This document shows positions 1-13,734 of a stretch of 64,000 nt of DNA, one piece after another. The notes below the pieces were generated by a model that saw nothing but the letters and a program-made list of their open reading frames with translations, ran no database searches and was not told where the DNA came from. How positions within the stretch are numbered: the stretch's first letter is position 1; each line of letters opens with the position of its first letter. A program made the translations under genes and the position numbers. Source of the DNA: Malacoraja senta (lineage: Eukaryota); the NCBI GenBank assembly GCA_038087875.1, contig CM075977.1, positions 270,940,001-271,004,000 on the forward strand, written 5' to 3'.

Positions 1-3000
1 GGAGACTTAAATTGTACACTGGATGCTTACTTGGATAGATCATCAACTCAAAGAAAATTAAAATCTCAGTCAAGTGAATTTCTAAATTCATATATTAATA
101 CTACCAACATTAAGGATGTTTGGAGAATTGAAAATCCATCTGGTCGAGAATACTCATTTTACTCACCAGTACATAAAACCTACTCAAGGATAGACTACTT
201 CTTAGTAGACTCTAAACTTATCCCATTTACCTATAATTCGCAATATCATAATATTATAATATCAGACCATGCTCCACTAACATTTATGATTAAACTAAAT
301 GGAATGACCGAGACACAGTCACAATGGAGACTTAACCCCCAAATCTTAAAAGAAAAACTATGTAATGAATATCTCGTAAAACAGATTAATATGTTTTTTG
401 AGGCTAATGATAGCCCTGGAATCTCTGCCTCCCTTCTTTGGGAAACATTTAAAGCATTTGTGCAAGGAGCATTAATCTCTTCGCAATCATTTCTTAACAA
501 AGAGAATAGGGCCAAACAACAGACTTTGGAAATGGAAATAAGGCAATTAGACATAGAAAATGCAATAGCACCATCTATGGCAAAACACAATAAAATTGCA
601 GTACTAAAATATAAGTTAAACAAGATATACTCAGACCAAGTTATAAAACTATATCAACGTACAAAACAATTAAACTTTGAATTTGGTGATAAACCACAAA
701 AACTATACCGCGTCAACTTCGTAAACTGGACGGGGAAAAAACAATTTACAAAATTAGATCAGACAAGGGGAAAATATTAACACTGCCTAAAGATATTAAT
801 GATAGATTTTTTACAATACTATCAAAAACTGTACTCATCTAAAACGACAGAACAATCAGCAGGAATGGAAACATTTCTACAGAAATGTAACCTTACAGGT
901 TTAGATCAGAAAGAGAGAGAATCACTAGATGCAGAAATTACGGTAAAAGACATCGAAGAGTCAATTAGATCTTTAAAAAACGGAAAGGCCGCAGGTCCTG
1001 ATGGTCTAAGCTCTGAATATTATAAAAAAAATTACGATCTGATTTCTCCACGTCTACAGACACTATACAAATACGCTTACACTCAACAGAAACTCCCAGA
1101 AACTCTAAATGAATCTACAATCATACTTATACCAAAAACAGATAAGGATCCTGAAGACCCAGGTTCATATAGAGCAATAGCTCTCTTAAATACTAATCAA
1201 AAAATATTAACCAAAATCCTATCTCATAGATTGAGCTTAGTGATTAACAAATTAATATACCCCGACCAAACTGGTTTTATTCCAAAACGTTACTCATTTT
1301 ATAATTTGAGAAGACTATTCAATATTATATATACAAATAGAATTCCTAATGCAGACCTAGCAATTATATCGTTAGATGCTGAAAAAGCATTTGACCAGGT
1401 AGAATGGTCATATTTATTTTCGGTAATGGAAAAATTTCAACTAGGAGAGAAGTACTGTACATGGATTAAACTGTTATACTCCAATCCAACAGCTAGAATA
1501 TTAACAAACCAAATGTTATCAGCTAAATTTAATCTTTCTAGAGGTTGCAGACAAGGATGCTCATTATCCCCACTATTATTTGCTCTTGTAATTGAACCAT
1601 TAGCAGAAAGCGTTAGAACCCACCCAGGAATACACGGGTACAACACTAGAGATACAAGGAATAAAATTTCCTTATATGCAGATGATGTACTAATATATAT
1701 CACAAAGCTAGAAATTAGTATTCCAAATCTATTAAATCTAATAACTCAATTTGGCCAGTTCTCAGGATATAGAATTAACTGGAATAAAAGTGAAATCATG
1801 CCAATAACAAAATTCAATTTAAATACATTGCAACAATCCCCTTTTAAAATAGTTAAAGATAAACTTAAATATTTAGGAATCTATGTAACTAAGAAATATA
1901 CCTCTTTATTTAAACTAAATTTTCCATCCTTACTTAATAAATTACACAAGAATATTCAGTACTGGAAAACAATTCCCATTTCAATGCTTGGTAGAATTAA
2001 TGCTATAAAAATGATCTTCTTACCGCAACTACTGTACCTATTTCAATTAATTCCGATATATATCCCAAAAAACTTTTTCAAAAAAGTCGATTCCATTGTT
2101 ACAAGCTTTATTTGGGATTATAAGAATCATAGAATAAGTAAAAAACATTTATGTAAGTCAAAGAGCAACGGAGGTTTGGCTTTGCCAAATTTCTTATTTT
2201 ATTTTTGGGCAGTCCATATTAAAAACATGAATTTCTGGCTGGAAAAAATGGATCAATATCCAGATTGGTTAAGGATGGAAAAGGAAGACTGTTTACCTTT
2301 TGAAATTGGTTCGATTATATTTGCTCCCACAAAATTGCATAAAAAAACCTATAAGGAAAACCCTATAATACATAGTGGAATACGAATTTGGAAACAATTA
2401 AAAAAAGCTTTAAAACTGAATAATATACCACTATGTCTTCCCATTGTAAATAATCCTTTATTCAAGCCATCCATATTGGATAGAGGTTTTATACAATGGA
2501 AAAATTATGGAATTAAAAAGATTGGACATCTTTATAGGGAAGGCATCTTTCTGTCATTTCAAGAGTTACAACAGAATCATGGACTACACTCAAATAATTT
2601 TTTCAGATATCTACAAATTAGAGATTATGTTAAATCTAATTCACAAGTATATAGGACTAGGGAACCAGAAATTCTTGATGAATGTTTGAATAAGCATCCT
2701 AACACTGAAAAATTAATAGCTTATATTTATAACACCCTCTTAAACAATGAGGTACCACCGATGGAACTATATAGACACACATGGGAAAATGAGTTAGGTC
2801 ATTCTATAACGAAAGACATTTGGGACGAAAGTTTACAACATATACATCAATGCTCGTTAAATGCCAGACATTCTTTAATACAATTTAAAGTCTTACACAG
2901 ATGACATTACTCCAAAATAAAACTAAATAGAATCTTCCCACATATTTCTCCTATCTGTGATAAATGCCTGCATCTAGAGGCCAATTTAACACATACTTTT

Positions 3001-3677
3001 GCAAATTGTATAAAAATTAAAAATTTCTGGATTGATATTTTTGAAATAATTTCTGAAGTTGTTAATACTAAATTGGATCCAGACTCAAAATTAATAATAC
3101 TTGAGATATCAGAACAAAGTTTAACACTCACAACAAGCCAAAGAAACTTCCTTGACTACAGTATAATAACTGAAAAAAATTAATATTAAAATTTTGGAAA
3201 GGTCCTATAACCCCCACAATTAAAATGTGGATTGTGGAAATGTCGGAGACCCTACATCTAGAAAGAATTAGACTTGTCTTAATGGACAAACAAGAACTTT
3301 TTGTTAAAATATGGGCTCCATTCATTAACTATTTGAAGGGATAGATGGGCCCAGCACGAAAACCCAACTGAAGCTTGAACTCAGGATTAGATGTAAAATT
3401 ATATTTCATAACCTACGAACTTATCTCCAATGACGTATTATAAATAACTCATTCCACCTCTTTTTTTTTTGATATTTGTAATGCTTTTTTCTTTCTATCT
3501 CTCTTTTTCTATCTATATTAAAAAAACACTAGAAGCAGAATTAATCGACAATTGACAATCTTAATAATGTATGATTGATGTATATGAAAAGTTTTTTTTT
3601 CTATTATAATATGTTACTACATTTTATAATATGTTTGCTTCTAATAAAAATATTAATCAAAAAAAAAAAAAAAAAAA
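1..3677 (+). mobile_element. L1-clade LINE (ORF2 region to poly(A)), 5' part outside window
   Basis: APE motifs GDLN, TYSRIDYFL and ISDHAP; RT motifs SLDAEKAFD, RQGCSLSPLLF and LYADD (ORFs 31-780 and 799-2904); C-terminal CDKC..H...C. AATAAA at 3643 and A19 at 3659-3677. A few frameshifts or stops. Confidence 0.95.
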
Positions 3678-4958
3678 GATGGAAAATGAAGATTGTTTGC
3701 CTTTTGAAATTGGCTCGATTCTGTTAGCTCCCACAAAACTGAATAAAACAACCTATAGTGAAAATCCTATAATATATAGTGGTATACGAATTTGGAAACA
3801 ATTAAAAAAGACTTTAAAATTGGATAATTTATCACTCTCTCTCCCCATTGTAAATAATCCTTCATTTAAACCCTCTGTGTTGGATAAACGTTCTATACAA
3901 TGGAAAAATTCATGGAATTAAAAAGGTGGGACATCTTTATAGAAAAGGTATTTTTCTTTCATTTCAGGAGTTACAACAGAATTATGGACTACATTCAAAT
4001 AATTTTTTTAGATGTTTACAACTTAGAGATTATGTTAAATCACATACACAAAAATATAGAACTAGAGAGCCAGAGACTCTTGATGAATGTTTGAATAAAC
4101 ATCCTAATACAGATAAATTAATATCTCACATTTATAATATTCTTTAAGAAAGTGAGGTCCCGTCGCTGGAATTATATAGACAAGCATGGGAAAATGAATT
4201 AGATCAACCTACAATGAAAGATATTTGGGACGAAAATTAAATAGAATTTTTCCAAATATCTACCCGATCTGTGACAAATGTCAATATTCAGAGGCTAATT
4301 TAACTCGTACCTTTGTAAATTGTATAAAAATTAAACATTTCTGGACGGATATTTTAAAAATTATTTCTGAACTTGTTAATATCCAATTGGATCCCGACCC
4401 AAAACTAATAATATTAGGAATATCAGAACAAAGCCTAAAACTTACAACAAGCCAAAGATATTTCCTTGATTATAGTATAATTGGGAAAAATTAATATTAA
4501 AATTTTGGAAAAACCCAACAATCCCCTCAATCAAAATGTGTATTATGGAGATGTCGGAGATCTTAATTAGACTTGTCTTAATTGACAAACCAGAATTATT
4601 TGCTAGAATATGGTCTCCGTTTATTGATTTTCTCAAAGGGTAAATTGGTCCAGCCCGGAGGCCTGACTGAAACCTGAATCCAGGATTAGATGAATAGTTA
4701 TGATTCGTAATCTACGGACCTATCTCCAAAGCTGTATTATTGGTAATTTATTCTATTTTTTAAATCTTTTTTTCCCTTTCTATCTATAAAAAAAATAACA
4801 AATAGAAAGCTGTTAATATGTAATTGATAAACGAGGACCCCAGCTATTTTGATAGCTGAGATCCCAGCTATTAATAATATGTAATTGATAAACAAAATGT
4901 GTTTTGATTACGATATGTATATGCTTCTAATAAAAATATTATACAAAAAAAAAAGAAA
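3678..4958 (+). mobile_element. 5'-truncated, more degraded L1 copy of a related family
   Basis: Starts right after the first poly(A) with sequence homologous to position ~2274 (MENEDCLPFEIGS vs MEKEDCLPFEIGS). Internal deletion near 4233, AATAAA at ~4929 and an A-rich tail. Confidence 0.92.
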
Positions 4959-5198
4959 TTTCGAAAGTGCACTGAAAATTGGGCGTCTAGGCCAGGTGAG
5001 GTGGCTGATCTTGACCGCATCGGGACTTCTGGACTCTGGAACTCCTGTCCAGGCAGATCCGTTCCCAAAGCCGACTTCGAATGCTGGCTTTGTAGGCCGG
5101 TATCGCCCCCTGAGGCAGTGACCTCTGTTCGTCCGACAAAACGGATAATACGGCAAGGTACTGGAACCAAGGGTGCTAGAAAATTAATGGTGGACCTG
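4959..5198. mobile_element. Probable end of a Tc1/mariner (pogo/Tigger-like) non-autonomous element interrupted by the L1s
   Basis: CpG-rich segment ending ...GGTGGACCTG then TA. On the minus strand it reads TA|CAGGTCCACC...TTATCCG, resembling Tigger-type termini. The partner TIR is not visible in the window. Confidence 0.4.
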
Positions 5199-7062
5199 TA
5201 CTAGATAGAAAGTAGTCCCATAGAATCTCCACTCCATTGCCTTTACTTCCCTCCACCCACGAATTAATCTCAAAGCAGATGAAATCATTAAAATGTTATC
5301 GTCGCGATTTCATTCCATTTTTTGGGGGGGGTTTCACTCCACCTCCTTTCCACAATTAGATGGTCTGTGAACAACCTCTTTTTATGTGGTACATTTTTAA
5401 TTGACATATATAATTTCCTGCCTCACATAGCAGTGTTTATTTTTTTTGCTACTTTTCTGCTCCCTCTAATGAGATCAGCCAGCAAATATTTTATTCCCAA
5501 TCCTGATTTTTCTGCAGCCAGATGACAGTAATCCCACCAAATCAACTCCTAGTAATATATTATTCCTTCCTGTTCCTCCTGTTTTATTAAAGTCACTTTG
5601 TACATTGCAGTAGGCAGACTTTAACTCAATTTTTATGAGTAGTTCCTCTTGGAAATTGGTTTGGTTAGTTGTTGGCAGATTAAAAAGAGTTGCATGATAG
5701 ACCCATGCCATCTTGGGTCCCGCTGAAATGACCATATGTCGGCTCCTGACATTGTACATCTGATGCCAAATACTTATTGCAATTTATCTGTCGTGGGTCC
5801 AATTGCTGCACTGTGATGTTCATTCATCTACCAGCAGTTTGCAATGTAGGAGTCAGATCAGGGCTTCAGCCCTATGCCAGGGTAACCAGGACACCAACTA
5901 AGGCTGCCACAGTTTGCAAGAGGTGATGTACATCTGGCCCACAGTAGGGCACATCCTGAGCAATGGAATGATTAAATATCAAGGCTTCACAAGATACCAT
6001 AAGATGGGTTGACAGCATCACTAGATATTATTCATTTATACTACGATGAACTAATACACAATCACATGCACACACGCACATGCACACACACTCTCACACG
6101 CAAAACCCTATACTAAAGTCTCCCGTGGTCTGTCTCACTTTCTCTTTTTCAGAGAGCCACTACTTGACATTGAAATTTACATTCTTTTGTTACATTGTAT
6201 TCTAGACCATGGCCAATAAAGATCACATGGAGGCCACCAGAATGGTTGAAGCCCCATTTGTGTTCATTATCTTGAGGAAACTATCCTCCTCCTCCTAGGC
6301 AAAGGGCCACTGAGACCCAATCAAAATGATGAGGCTGCCAGAGATGTACAAGACATGCATGCCTAACCTCCTCATCGATCGCAACTGTATATGAATGATC
6401 TGTTCAGAGAAACATTTTGCGGATTATGCATTGGTCCATTCCTTCATTTGAACCTCGGACCCTCCTTATATGTGCAGCTCATATTGTTTTGCTCTTTGCA
6501 CCTCTTTGTAGGAGAGGTCACGGCATCACAACAAAGGAAGATCAGGAGGGGGGAAAAAAGCAGCCGGAAGGAGAGCAGGTTGCGGAGAATGATGGAAACA
6601 ATCACAATGCGCTATTTTACCCTACAAGGCAACACATTACTTCAGATCATGGTAGTATAGGGACGATCACAGCACGTTCGAAGGATGCATCCATGTGGAG
6701 AGGCATCAGGCTGCAGGCTGGCAGGAGACAAAGATAACCTGGTGTGAGAACAATCCAGAGAAGGAGTGGAGTGTCCCCATCTACATCGCCCAAGAGGACT
6801 CACATAAAGACTACAAGTGGGATGTATGGGGTTGAAGGATAATTGGCTGCCACAAATTACCTTCCAGGTCTGGGGCAATGTGGGAGAAGACAATGCAAGT
6901 AGGGTCAATTGGAGTGCAGACACAAACAATGGGCTGAAAGACTGCTGTGCGACTCTTGGAGTTCTACCTTTCTTAGGGTGGCCCTGTGGAGCAACTGATA
7001 GATTTGCTGCCTCAGAGCACTGGTGCTCAAACTCCATGTGCTGCCGTGAGGAGTTTGCTTGT

Positions 7063-7335
7063 TCATAAAGTCATAAGTAATAGGAGTAGAATTAGGCCAT
7101 TTGGCCTATCAAGTCTATTCCACCATTCACTCGTGGCTGATCTATTTCTCCCTCCTAACCCCATTCTCCTGCCTCCCCCCCATAACCTCTGACTCCCGCA
7201 CTACTCAAGAATCTATCTCTGCCTTAAAAATATCCACTGACTTGACCTCCACAGCCTTCTGTGGCAAAGAAGTTCACAGATTCATCACCCTCTGACTAAA
7301 GAAATTTCTCCTCATCTCCTTCCTAAAAGAATGTT
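7063..7335 (-). mobile_element. CR1 3' fragment, apparently inserted in an old V-SINE (~6965-7590)
   Basis: cataag-type tail; minus strand encodes FRKEMRRNFFSQRVMNL. Confidence 0.8.
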
Positions 7336-8079
7336 TTCCCTGTGAGCATGTGCCTTTTTTCCAGGTGCTCCAATTTTCATCCTCCATGCTAGACGACTGG
7401 TATGTTAATGGGCCGCTGTAAATTGCTAGTGCTAGATATGTGGTAATGACTTGAGGCAGAGGTGGGTTGGTGGGATGGGCGGTGGATGGATCCTCCTGAT
7501 GGTTGGGAGGAGAAAATAAGATGAAGCGTAAGCATGTGCTCGATCCCAGCACAAATTCAGTGGGCCAAGGGTCTGCTTCCATGCTTTATCGTGTTGTGCT
7601 CAGAAGAGGGTTTTTTTAATTAGAGGGCCAGTATGATTCAGAACAACAGACAACCAACCATGTCATCTCTGGGTGCCCACTCTACCACCCACCAAATGGA
7701 GCTCAGGGCAGACATTGACACAGAGACAACAACCTGGCTGCTCAACACCCGGCTTGAGATCTAACTATTCCTTTGGTTTATGTTTCATTCGCAAGAAGAA
7801 GATTCACCCAATTATAGCTGGCATGCTCTAGATAAGTGGCATAGTGGTGCAGCATTTAGTGCCGGTGCCACACAGATGCCATGACCCTGGTTTAGTCCTA
7901 ACCTTCACACTGTCCGTTGAGACATTACACGATGTCCGAGTGACCACGTGGGCTTCCCTTCAGTGCTCAGTGCTCTGCTTTTCTTCCACACCCAAATGCG
8001 AGATACAGCTGGTAGATTAATTGGTTACTGTTAATTATCCCTCACATAGGTGGTTCATAAAATAATCAAGGTGATGTCC

Positions 8080-8385
8080 TTTAGACTTTAGAGATATGGC
8101 GCGGAAACAGGCCCTTCGGCCCACCGAGTCCATGCCGACCAGCGATCATTCCATACACTAAATCTAACCTACACACTCGGGACAAGTTACAATTTTGTCA
8201 AAGCCAATTACTCTACAAACCTGTATGTCTTTGGGCTGCGGGAGGAAACCGGAGCACATGGAGAAAACCCACACGGTCACAGGAGAACGTGTAAACTCCA
8301 TACAGACATAACCCATAGTCAGGATTGAACCCTGGTCTCTGGCGCTGTCAGGCAGCAGCTCTACTGCGGCGCCACTGTGCCGCCC
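8080..8385 (-). mobile_element. tRNA-derived V-SINE (HE1-like)
   Basis: Reverse complement has the tRNA-like head GGCGGCACAGTGGCGCCGCAGTAGAG...GGGTTCAATCC, the V-domain GTTCTCCTGTGACCGTGTGGGTTTTCTCC and a CR1-like 3' tail. Confidence 0.88.
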
Positions 8386-8859
8386 TTTGTCTGCAGCCCT
8401 TTGAGCTGTCGGGGAGAATGGGTTGCAGTGAAATAAGTAGGGGAATAGGTTTGCCCTGAGAGGGGCAGAGACTCAATGGGGTGAATATTATGAGAAAATA
8501 TGGAATGCGGTCAGGTCCGTCTGACCGAATGCTGGTGATAACGGTGGGAGGTGTCCGACCCTTGCATCTCACAGAAAGTTGTGCAGAGCAAGGAGAAGAC
8601 CACGCTCGCTCTGGAGATGAAACACCCTTCTGTGCAAGGACTGGCAATCAGCCAGTCACATAGTCGACCCTGAGTCAGGACGGAGCCTACCTTTGTCTCA
8701 TCACAGCTTTACAGAGATCCATGTTGTCATCCAGGAACTGGTTGCTGCTCTTCAGGAACTTCTAGTTCTAATCTAGTTCATTGTCATGTGTACTGAGGTA
8801 TAGTGAGAAAGCATTTGTTACGTGAGTATTATATTAAAGTTCTTTTAATTTAGCATCCA

Positions 8860-9077
8860 ATGCCCACCAAGACCACTCCCTCCGCAACTCCTTGGTTCAC
8901 TCATCGCTTCCCACTCAACCTGCCCACTCCCCGGTGCTTCCGGTTCTTTCCACTACAACTGCAGGAGATATAACACCTGTCCCTACACCTCCTCCTTTAC
9001 CTCCATCCAGGGATCACAGCGACCGTTCCAGATGAGATAGAGGTTCACAAGCACCTCTTCAATGCTCCTGATGTGGG

Positions 9078-9118
<41 letters not shown>

Positions 9119-9565
9119 TGAGCACAAGTGTTCGGTGAAATGGTTGCCCAGTCTATGTTTGATCTCATCTATATATATTTATATTTATATTTATATAAAT
9201 ATAAATATAAAGATAAATATATATATATAGATGAGATCAAACATAGACTGGGCAACCATTTCACCGAACACTTGTGCTCATTGTGCCATTCACATAACAT
9301 TGTTTCTGAGCTGGGCCTCCTCCATTGCCATCTTGAGACTACATACAAACTGGACGAACAGCATCTCACATTTTGCTTGGCTAGCTTACAACCCAACGGT
9401 AGGAATATTGAATTCTCCAAATTTAAGTAATAACCCCATCACACCCCCTTCTCCCTTTCCCGTGCTCCCTCCTCCCACCTCATTGCTCACCCTTCACTAC
9501 TCCCCCACCCTGAAGCTTTCCACCTATGTCCCTCCCTTCACATTTCACTCCTCTCCTTGTCTGGT
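8860..9565 (+). mobile_element. Penelope-like (Neptune-type) element fragment, GIY-YIG region
   Basis: Degenerate PFQMR*RFTST..., YIDEIKHRLGNHFTEHL and LDEQHLTFCLASLQPNGRNIEFSKF, typical of the PLE GIY-YIG C-terminus, followed by a pyrimidine-rich 3' region. Confidence 0.8.
9080..9280. repeat. (TA)n microsatellite plus perfect 60-bp-arm inverted repeat with AT-rich centre
   Basis: (TA)n at 9080-9115. 9119-9178 is the exact reverse complement of 9221-9280; the spacer is nearly pure AT and itself quasi-palindromic. Confidence 0.95.
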
Positions 9566-9588
9566 ACCCTTACGAGTCTGGAAATTAC

Positions 9589-9617
9589 GGGGGGGGGGGG
9601 GGGGGGGGGGGGGGGGG
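9589..9617 (+). repeat. poly-G tract within a CR1 3' fragment (~9566-9930)
   Basis: 29 consecutive G; further G runs at 12421-12455. Confidence 0.9.
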
Positions 9618-11429
9618 AATTATGAGAGATACCAAAATGTGGATAGGAAGAAATATTTCCCCATAGTAGTCATCTAAAATCAGGGGCATGGGTTTACAAA
9701 AAGTGTAGGAGATTTTGCAGGGATCTGAGGAATAATTTTCTTTCACCCAGCGAGAGGTTGGAATGTAGAGGTTTCTAGAGAGTGCACTGTGGTAGAGGAA
9801 GACACTCTCATATTTAAGATGTATCTTGAAAAGCACTTGAATTACCAAAGCACAGGAGGTTACAAGCCAAGTGTTGGAAAATAGGATTAGCATGGAAAGG
9901 CATACTGTAGTCAGCATGGACATGTTGATTATAGTAAAATCTACTATTTAAAAAAAATCATGCTACCAACTATTAAGTCTGAATAATCAATATACAGTAC
10001 AAAAAGAAGAAGATCACTTACTGGACCTTGTGTAATCTCCTGATAAGCTTTCATTCCAAAAATATATTTTAATCATTACCGTTTGCTTCTTAACACTAGC
10101 CGAGCCAAATTAGGGTCCAATTTTCCACCATCTCTTAGATCATGTGAGGTTTTACATTTTCATGAACATTATGCAAACATTTATCATGCTAAAATTTATA
10201 TAAACCACATTGGCCCTTCTTGTTATCTTCTCAAAAAAAAATCCGTAGGTTGGTCAGTCAGAAATGTCCTTCTACAGCCTTTACTGACTAATGGTTAATC
10301 TGTGCCTGTTAAATTAATGTTTGTTCTGGCTTGTATTTTGCTCATTTTATTCCTTCCTCCCTTTTTAAACAACAGCACATCATTTGGAGTCTGCTTCTGT
10401 GATGCCACTCCCACATACCATATCTTGGAGTTTACTCACTAGCTTTGTGATCTAGCTTGCCGTCTACACTATCAGGCCCACCTTAATTGTATGAATGTTC
10501 TGCTTCAGGGCAAGAAACAACTTGTTTCTGACCTCACTGAGAAAGTCATGTTGTTTCAGACTAATCTGAAACTTTTCCAAAGACAACTGCATTCTATATA
10601 GTCATATTTCCACCTGCCATCAGATGTTTTCTCTAACAAAATAGGGAAATTTCTGTATCCATTTGGACAACAATACTCAAAACTTAGTTGAGAGATATTG
10701 GAAAACTCAAATTCTTTGCTGAACCATTTGCAGTCACCTCGGGGGCAGGGAATCTTAATTTTTCCTCTAGATTATTCATGTAAAATGTTTTGATTTGCTT
10801 TACAGCAAATATTGCAAAGAAGTCTGCTTAAATTCTTCCATTGTCCTGATCTTTAAAAGTTTCTGAAAATACAAAAAAGAAACACGTGGAGGGTGAAGTT
10901 CGTAGGTATCACAAGCCCACCTCTAAGACAGAAGATCCCAAGAACAGACAAGCACAGTGTGTTCAAGCATCTTATAGGAATAGAATCATAGCATCATACA
11001 TCACGGAAACAGGCCCCTGGGCCCAACTCGTCCATGCCAACAATGATGCCTCATCCAAGCTAGTACCATTTGCCCATGTGTGGCCCACATCCTTCAAACT
11101 TTTCATATCCATGTACCTGTCCAAGTACCTTAATGGCATGAGATGATATGAGGAGCTGACCCAAAGGAGGAAATGTGGTCTGGGGCAGAACAGCCATGAT
11201 CATATTGGCTGCTGAGGCCAGACGGTCAATTATTGCTTCTATTTTCTTGTGTTCTTATTCTTAAATAGACAGACTGTTATTCTGAAAACAAGCTTTCTAA
11301 TAGTAAATGCCTCCAGAGGGAGAAACAATCTTGCACTAATTATCTTGTTAAGATCCATCAGGTCAGCTATATATCAGAAAAAAACCCATCTTTACTTTGT
11401 TTTCATAGAAAGCACACAAATCCTGCAAA

Positions 11430-13660
11430 ATATATTAGAGAATCAGAAAAAGGATATTTTAGGAACCAAAATCAATCAATCAAATTAATAATACCAGAGA
11501 GGTGGGTAAGATTGAAAGATGATGAAAACCAAGAACCTGATGATCTATATCCCGAAGATTTGAAAGTGAATTCACTGGCTAACATCATGGATTCTAGAAC
11601 TGATCCTGTGGATTGGAGAGTAGCAAATATAACTCCAATATTTAATTAAGGAGGGAAAGAGAAAACAAGGAACTACCGACTTGTTAGCCTAACATCGGTT
11701 AACCGAAAAATGCTGGAATACATATTGAAGGATGTAATAACAAAAAGGAACAATAGAATTGAGCAGCAAACAATAAACGGCTGAAGGAACTCACGTTGCA
11801 TCTGTGGAGAGAAATGGACAGATGGTATTTCAGGTTGGGACATCCTCAAGCTTGGATTGTTTCTTTGCAATGTCAGAGGTTGAGGGGAGACTTGATGGAA
11901 GTATATAAAATTATGAGAGGCACAATTAAGGTGGATGGCAGATAATGTCAGAGGCTTTTCCAGGGGTGTAAATGTCAAAGACTAGAGGGCATAGTTTTAA
12001 GGTGAGAGGAGCAAAGTTTAAAGGAGATGTGGGGGAGACAAATTATTTACACAGAGGGTGGCGGATGCCTGGAAGACACTGCTAGGGATGGTGATGGAGG
12101 CAGACACAGTAGTAGAATTTAAAAGGCACATGGATATGCAGAGAATGGAGGAACGTGTATCACGTGCAGGCAGAGGAGATTAGTTTATCATCATATCTTG
12201 TTCAGCACAGAGATTACAGACCTGTTCTTGTGCTGTACTGTTCTATGTTCACCACTTAGACTCTTCTTCAGATTACTGCTGAATTGCTCCAGCAGTTTGT
12301 TTTAACTTCAAGATTCCAGCATTTGCAGTCCCTTGTGAATTGGGAAGCACCAACATGGGTTCATGAAGGAAAATTGTGTTTGTCAAAGCTGTTGGATAGG
12401 ACTAATTGAATAGATAATGGTGGGGGGGGGGGGTGCGTGGGGGGGGGGGGGGGGGCAAGAAGTGAATGTTATGCATTTGGATTGTGTGAATGTTGTGCAT
12501 TTGGAAGGCTTTTGATGTGGTCCTGTACAGGAAATTATTTAATAAGGTTAGTGCATGTGGAATTATTGGGAATGTACAAATATACAGTAGATTTTGAATG
12601 TGTTATTGGACAGAAAGCAAATAATGGGAATAAACAGATCCTTCTTGGGTGTGTAGGGGCCCTCGCTATTTACAGGCTACATCAATAATTTGCCCGAGGG
12701 AATGATGAAACATAATTTTTCCAATTTTGCTAATGATACTAAATCTGGATTATGAATGTGAAAGGGCATGTATAGGCTTCAAAGGGATCTGGACAAACTG
12801 AGTGAAGGAGGAAAGAACATGACAAATGGAATATAATGTGTAAATATGTGTGGTCATCCACTTTGGTGTACCAGACAGAAAGACTGAATATTTAAGATAG
12901 ACACAACGTGTTGGAGTAACTCAGTGGATCAGGCAGCATCTCTAGAGAAAAAGGATGGATAATATTGCCTGACCTGCTTACTCCAATACTTTGTGTCTAT
13001 CTTAGGTATAAACCAGCATCTGCAGTTCATTGCTTCTACAAGACTGAGTATTTATTCAACAGTAAGGGATTAGGCAGTGTTGATGTTCAAAGGGTTCTGG
13101 GTATACATGTCACCAAAGGCCACCGTGCAAGTAGGGCAAGTGATTTGGAGACATTTTAGCTTTTATTAAAAGTGTTTGATTAGAAGATAGGCAGATGTAA
13201 TGCAATTGTATTGGGTCTTAGTGAGTCAGCATCTGGAGGATGTACAGTTTTGTCTCCTTATCTAATTTATATAGAGTGCAGAGAATATTCACTAAACCGG
13301 TTCCAGTGACGGCAGATTTGCCATAAGAGGAGAGATTGAATAATGTATTTTTAGAATCTAGGAGAATGTGGAGATCTGAATACTTGCACAATTTTCAAGA
13401 GCCGGATGGAGGAAGGATATTTCCCCTGACTGAAAAGTTGAAGATCAGGGGCCACACATTAAGATTAAAGGCTAGGTTATTTGGGACAAAGATGAAGAGA
13501 AATTTCATCAATCAAAAGGGTGGTGCACCTTTTGGAATTCTCTAACCCACATGGTTCAGTCATTGCATTCATTCAAAGATGAGTTAAAAAGATTTTCACA
13601 CATTCACTAGTTCTGGGAAATAGCTCTGAGGTATAGTGACCCTGACTGAGGGCAAAGGGA
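11430..13660 (+). mobile_element. Old, fragmented CR1 LINE with nested younger insertions
   Basis: Degenerate DWRVANITPIFN.GG..KTRNYRLVSLTS at ~11610-11700, NFANDTK and VVIHFG at 12720-12870, and a 3' region at 13330-13660. Interrupted by a CR1 tail (11850-12250) and a PLE fold-back (12895-13040). Confidence 0.7.
12895..13040 (+). mobile_element. Penelope pseudo-LTR-derived fold-back insertion
   Basis: Inverted arms AGATAGACACAA..TTGGAGTAA..CAGGCA / TGCCTG..TTACTCCAA..TTGTGTCTATCT. Flanked by agactga(a/g)tattta at 12881-12894 and 13041-13054. Confidence 0.75.
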
Positions 13661-13734
13661 ATTTGGCGGGTTTGTGAAGTGTTCCACTCAGTGTGAATCA
13701 ACCGGCCCTGTGACACCGTTTTGATTTCCCCACA

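Noticed and set aside
6391-7068. Cluster of 80-130-aa ORFs after a plus-strand acceptor-like site
   Set aside because: No recognisable protein similarity or matching donor; probably an unrecognised old repeat.
10800-10885. Strong minus-strand acceptor as a possible alternative or terminal GLRB exon
   Set aside because: The downstream sequence hits a stop after 20 codons in phase 0 and resembles degenerate CR1, with no M4 similarity.
12421-12455. Poly-G runs as functional G-quadruplexes (also 9589-9617)
   Set aside because: They are homopolymer expansions inside degraded CR1 copies, and their lengths are error-prone in assemblies.
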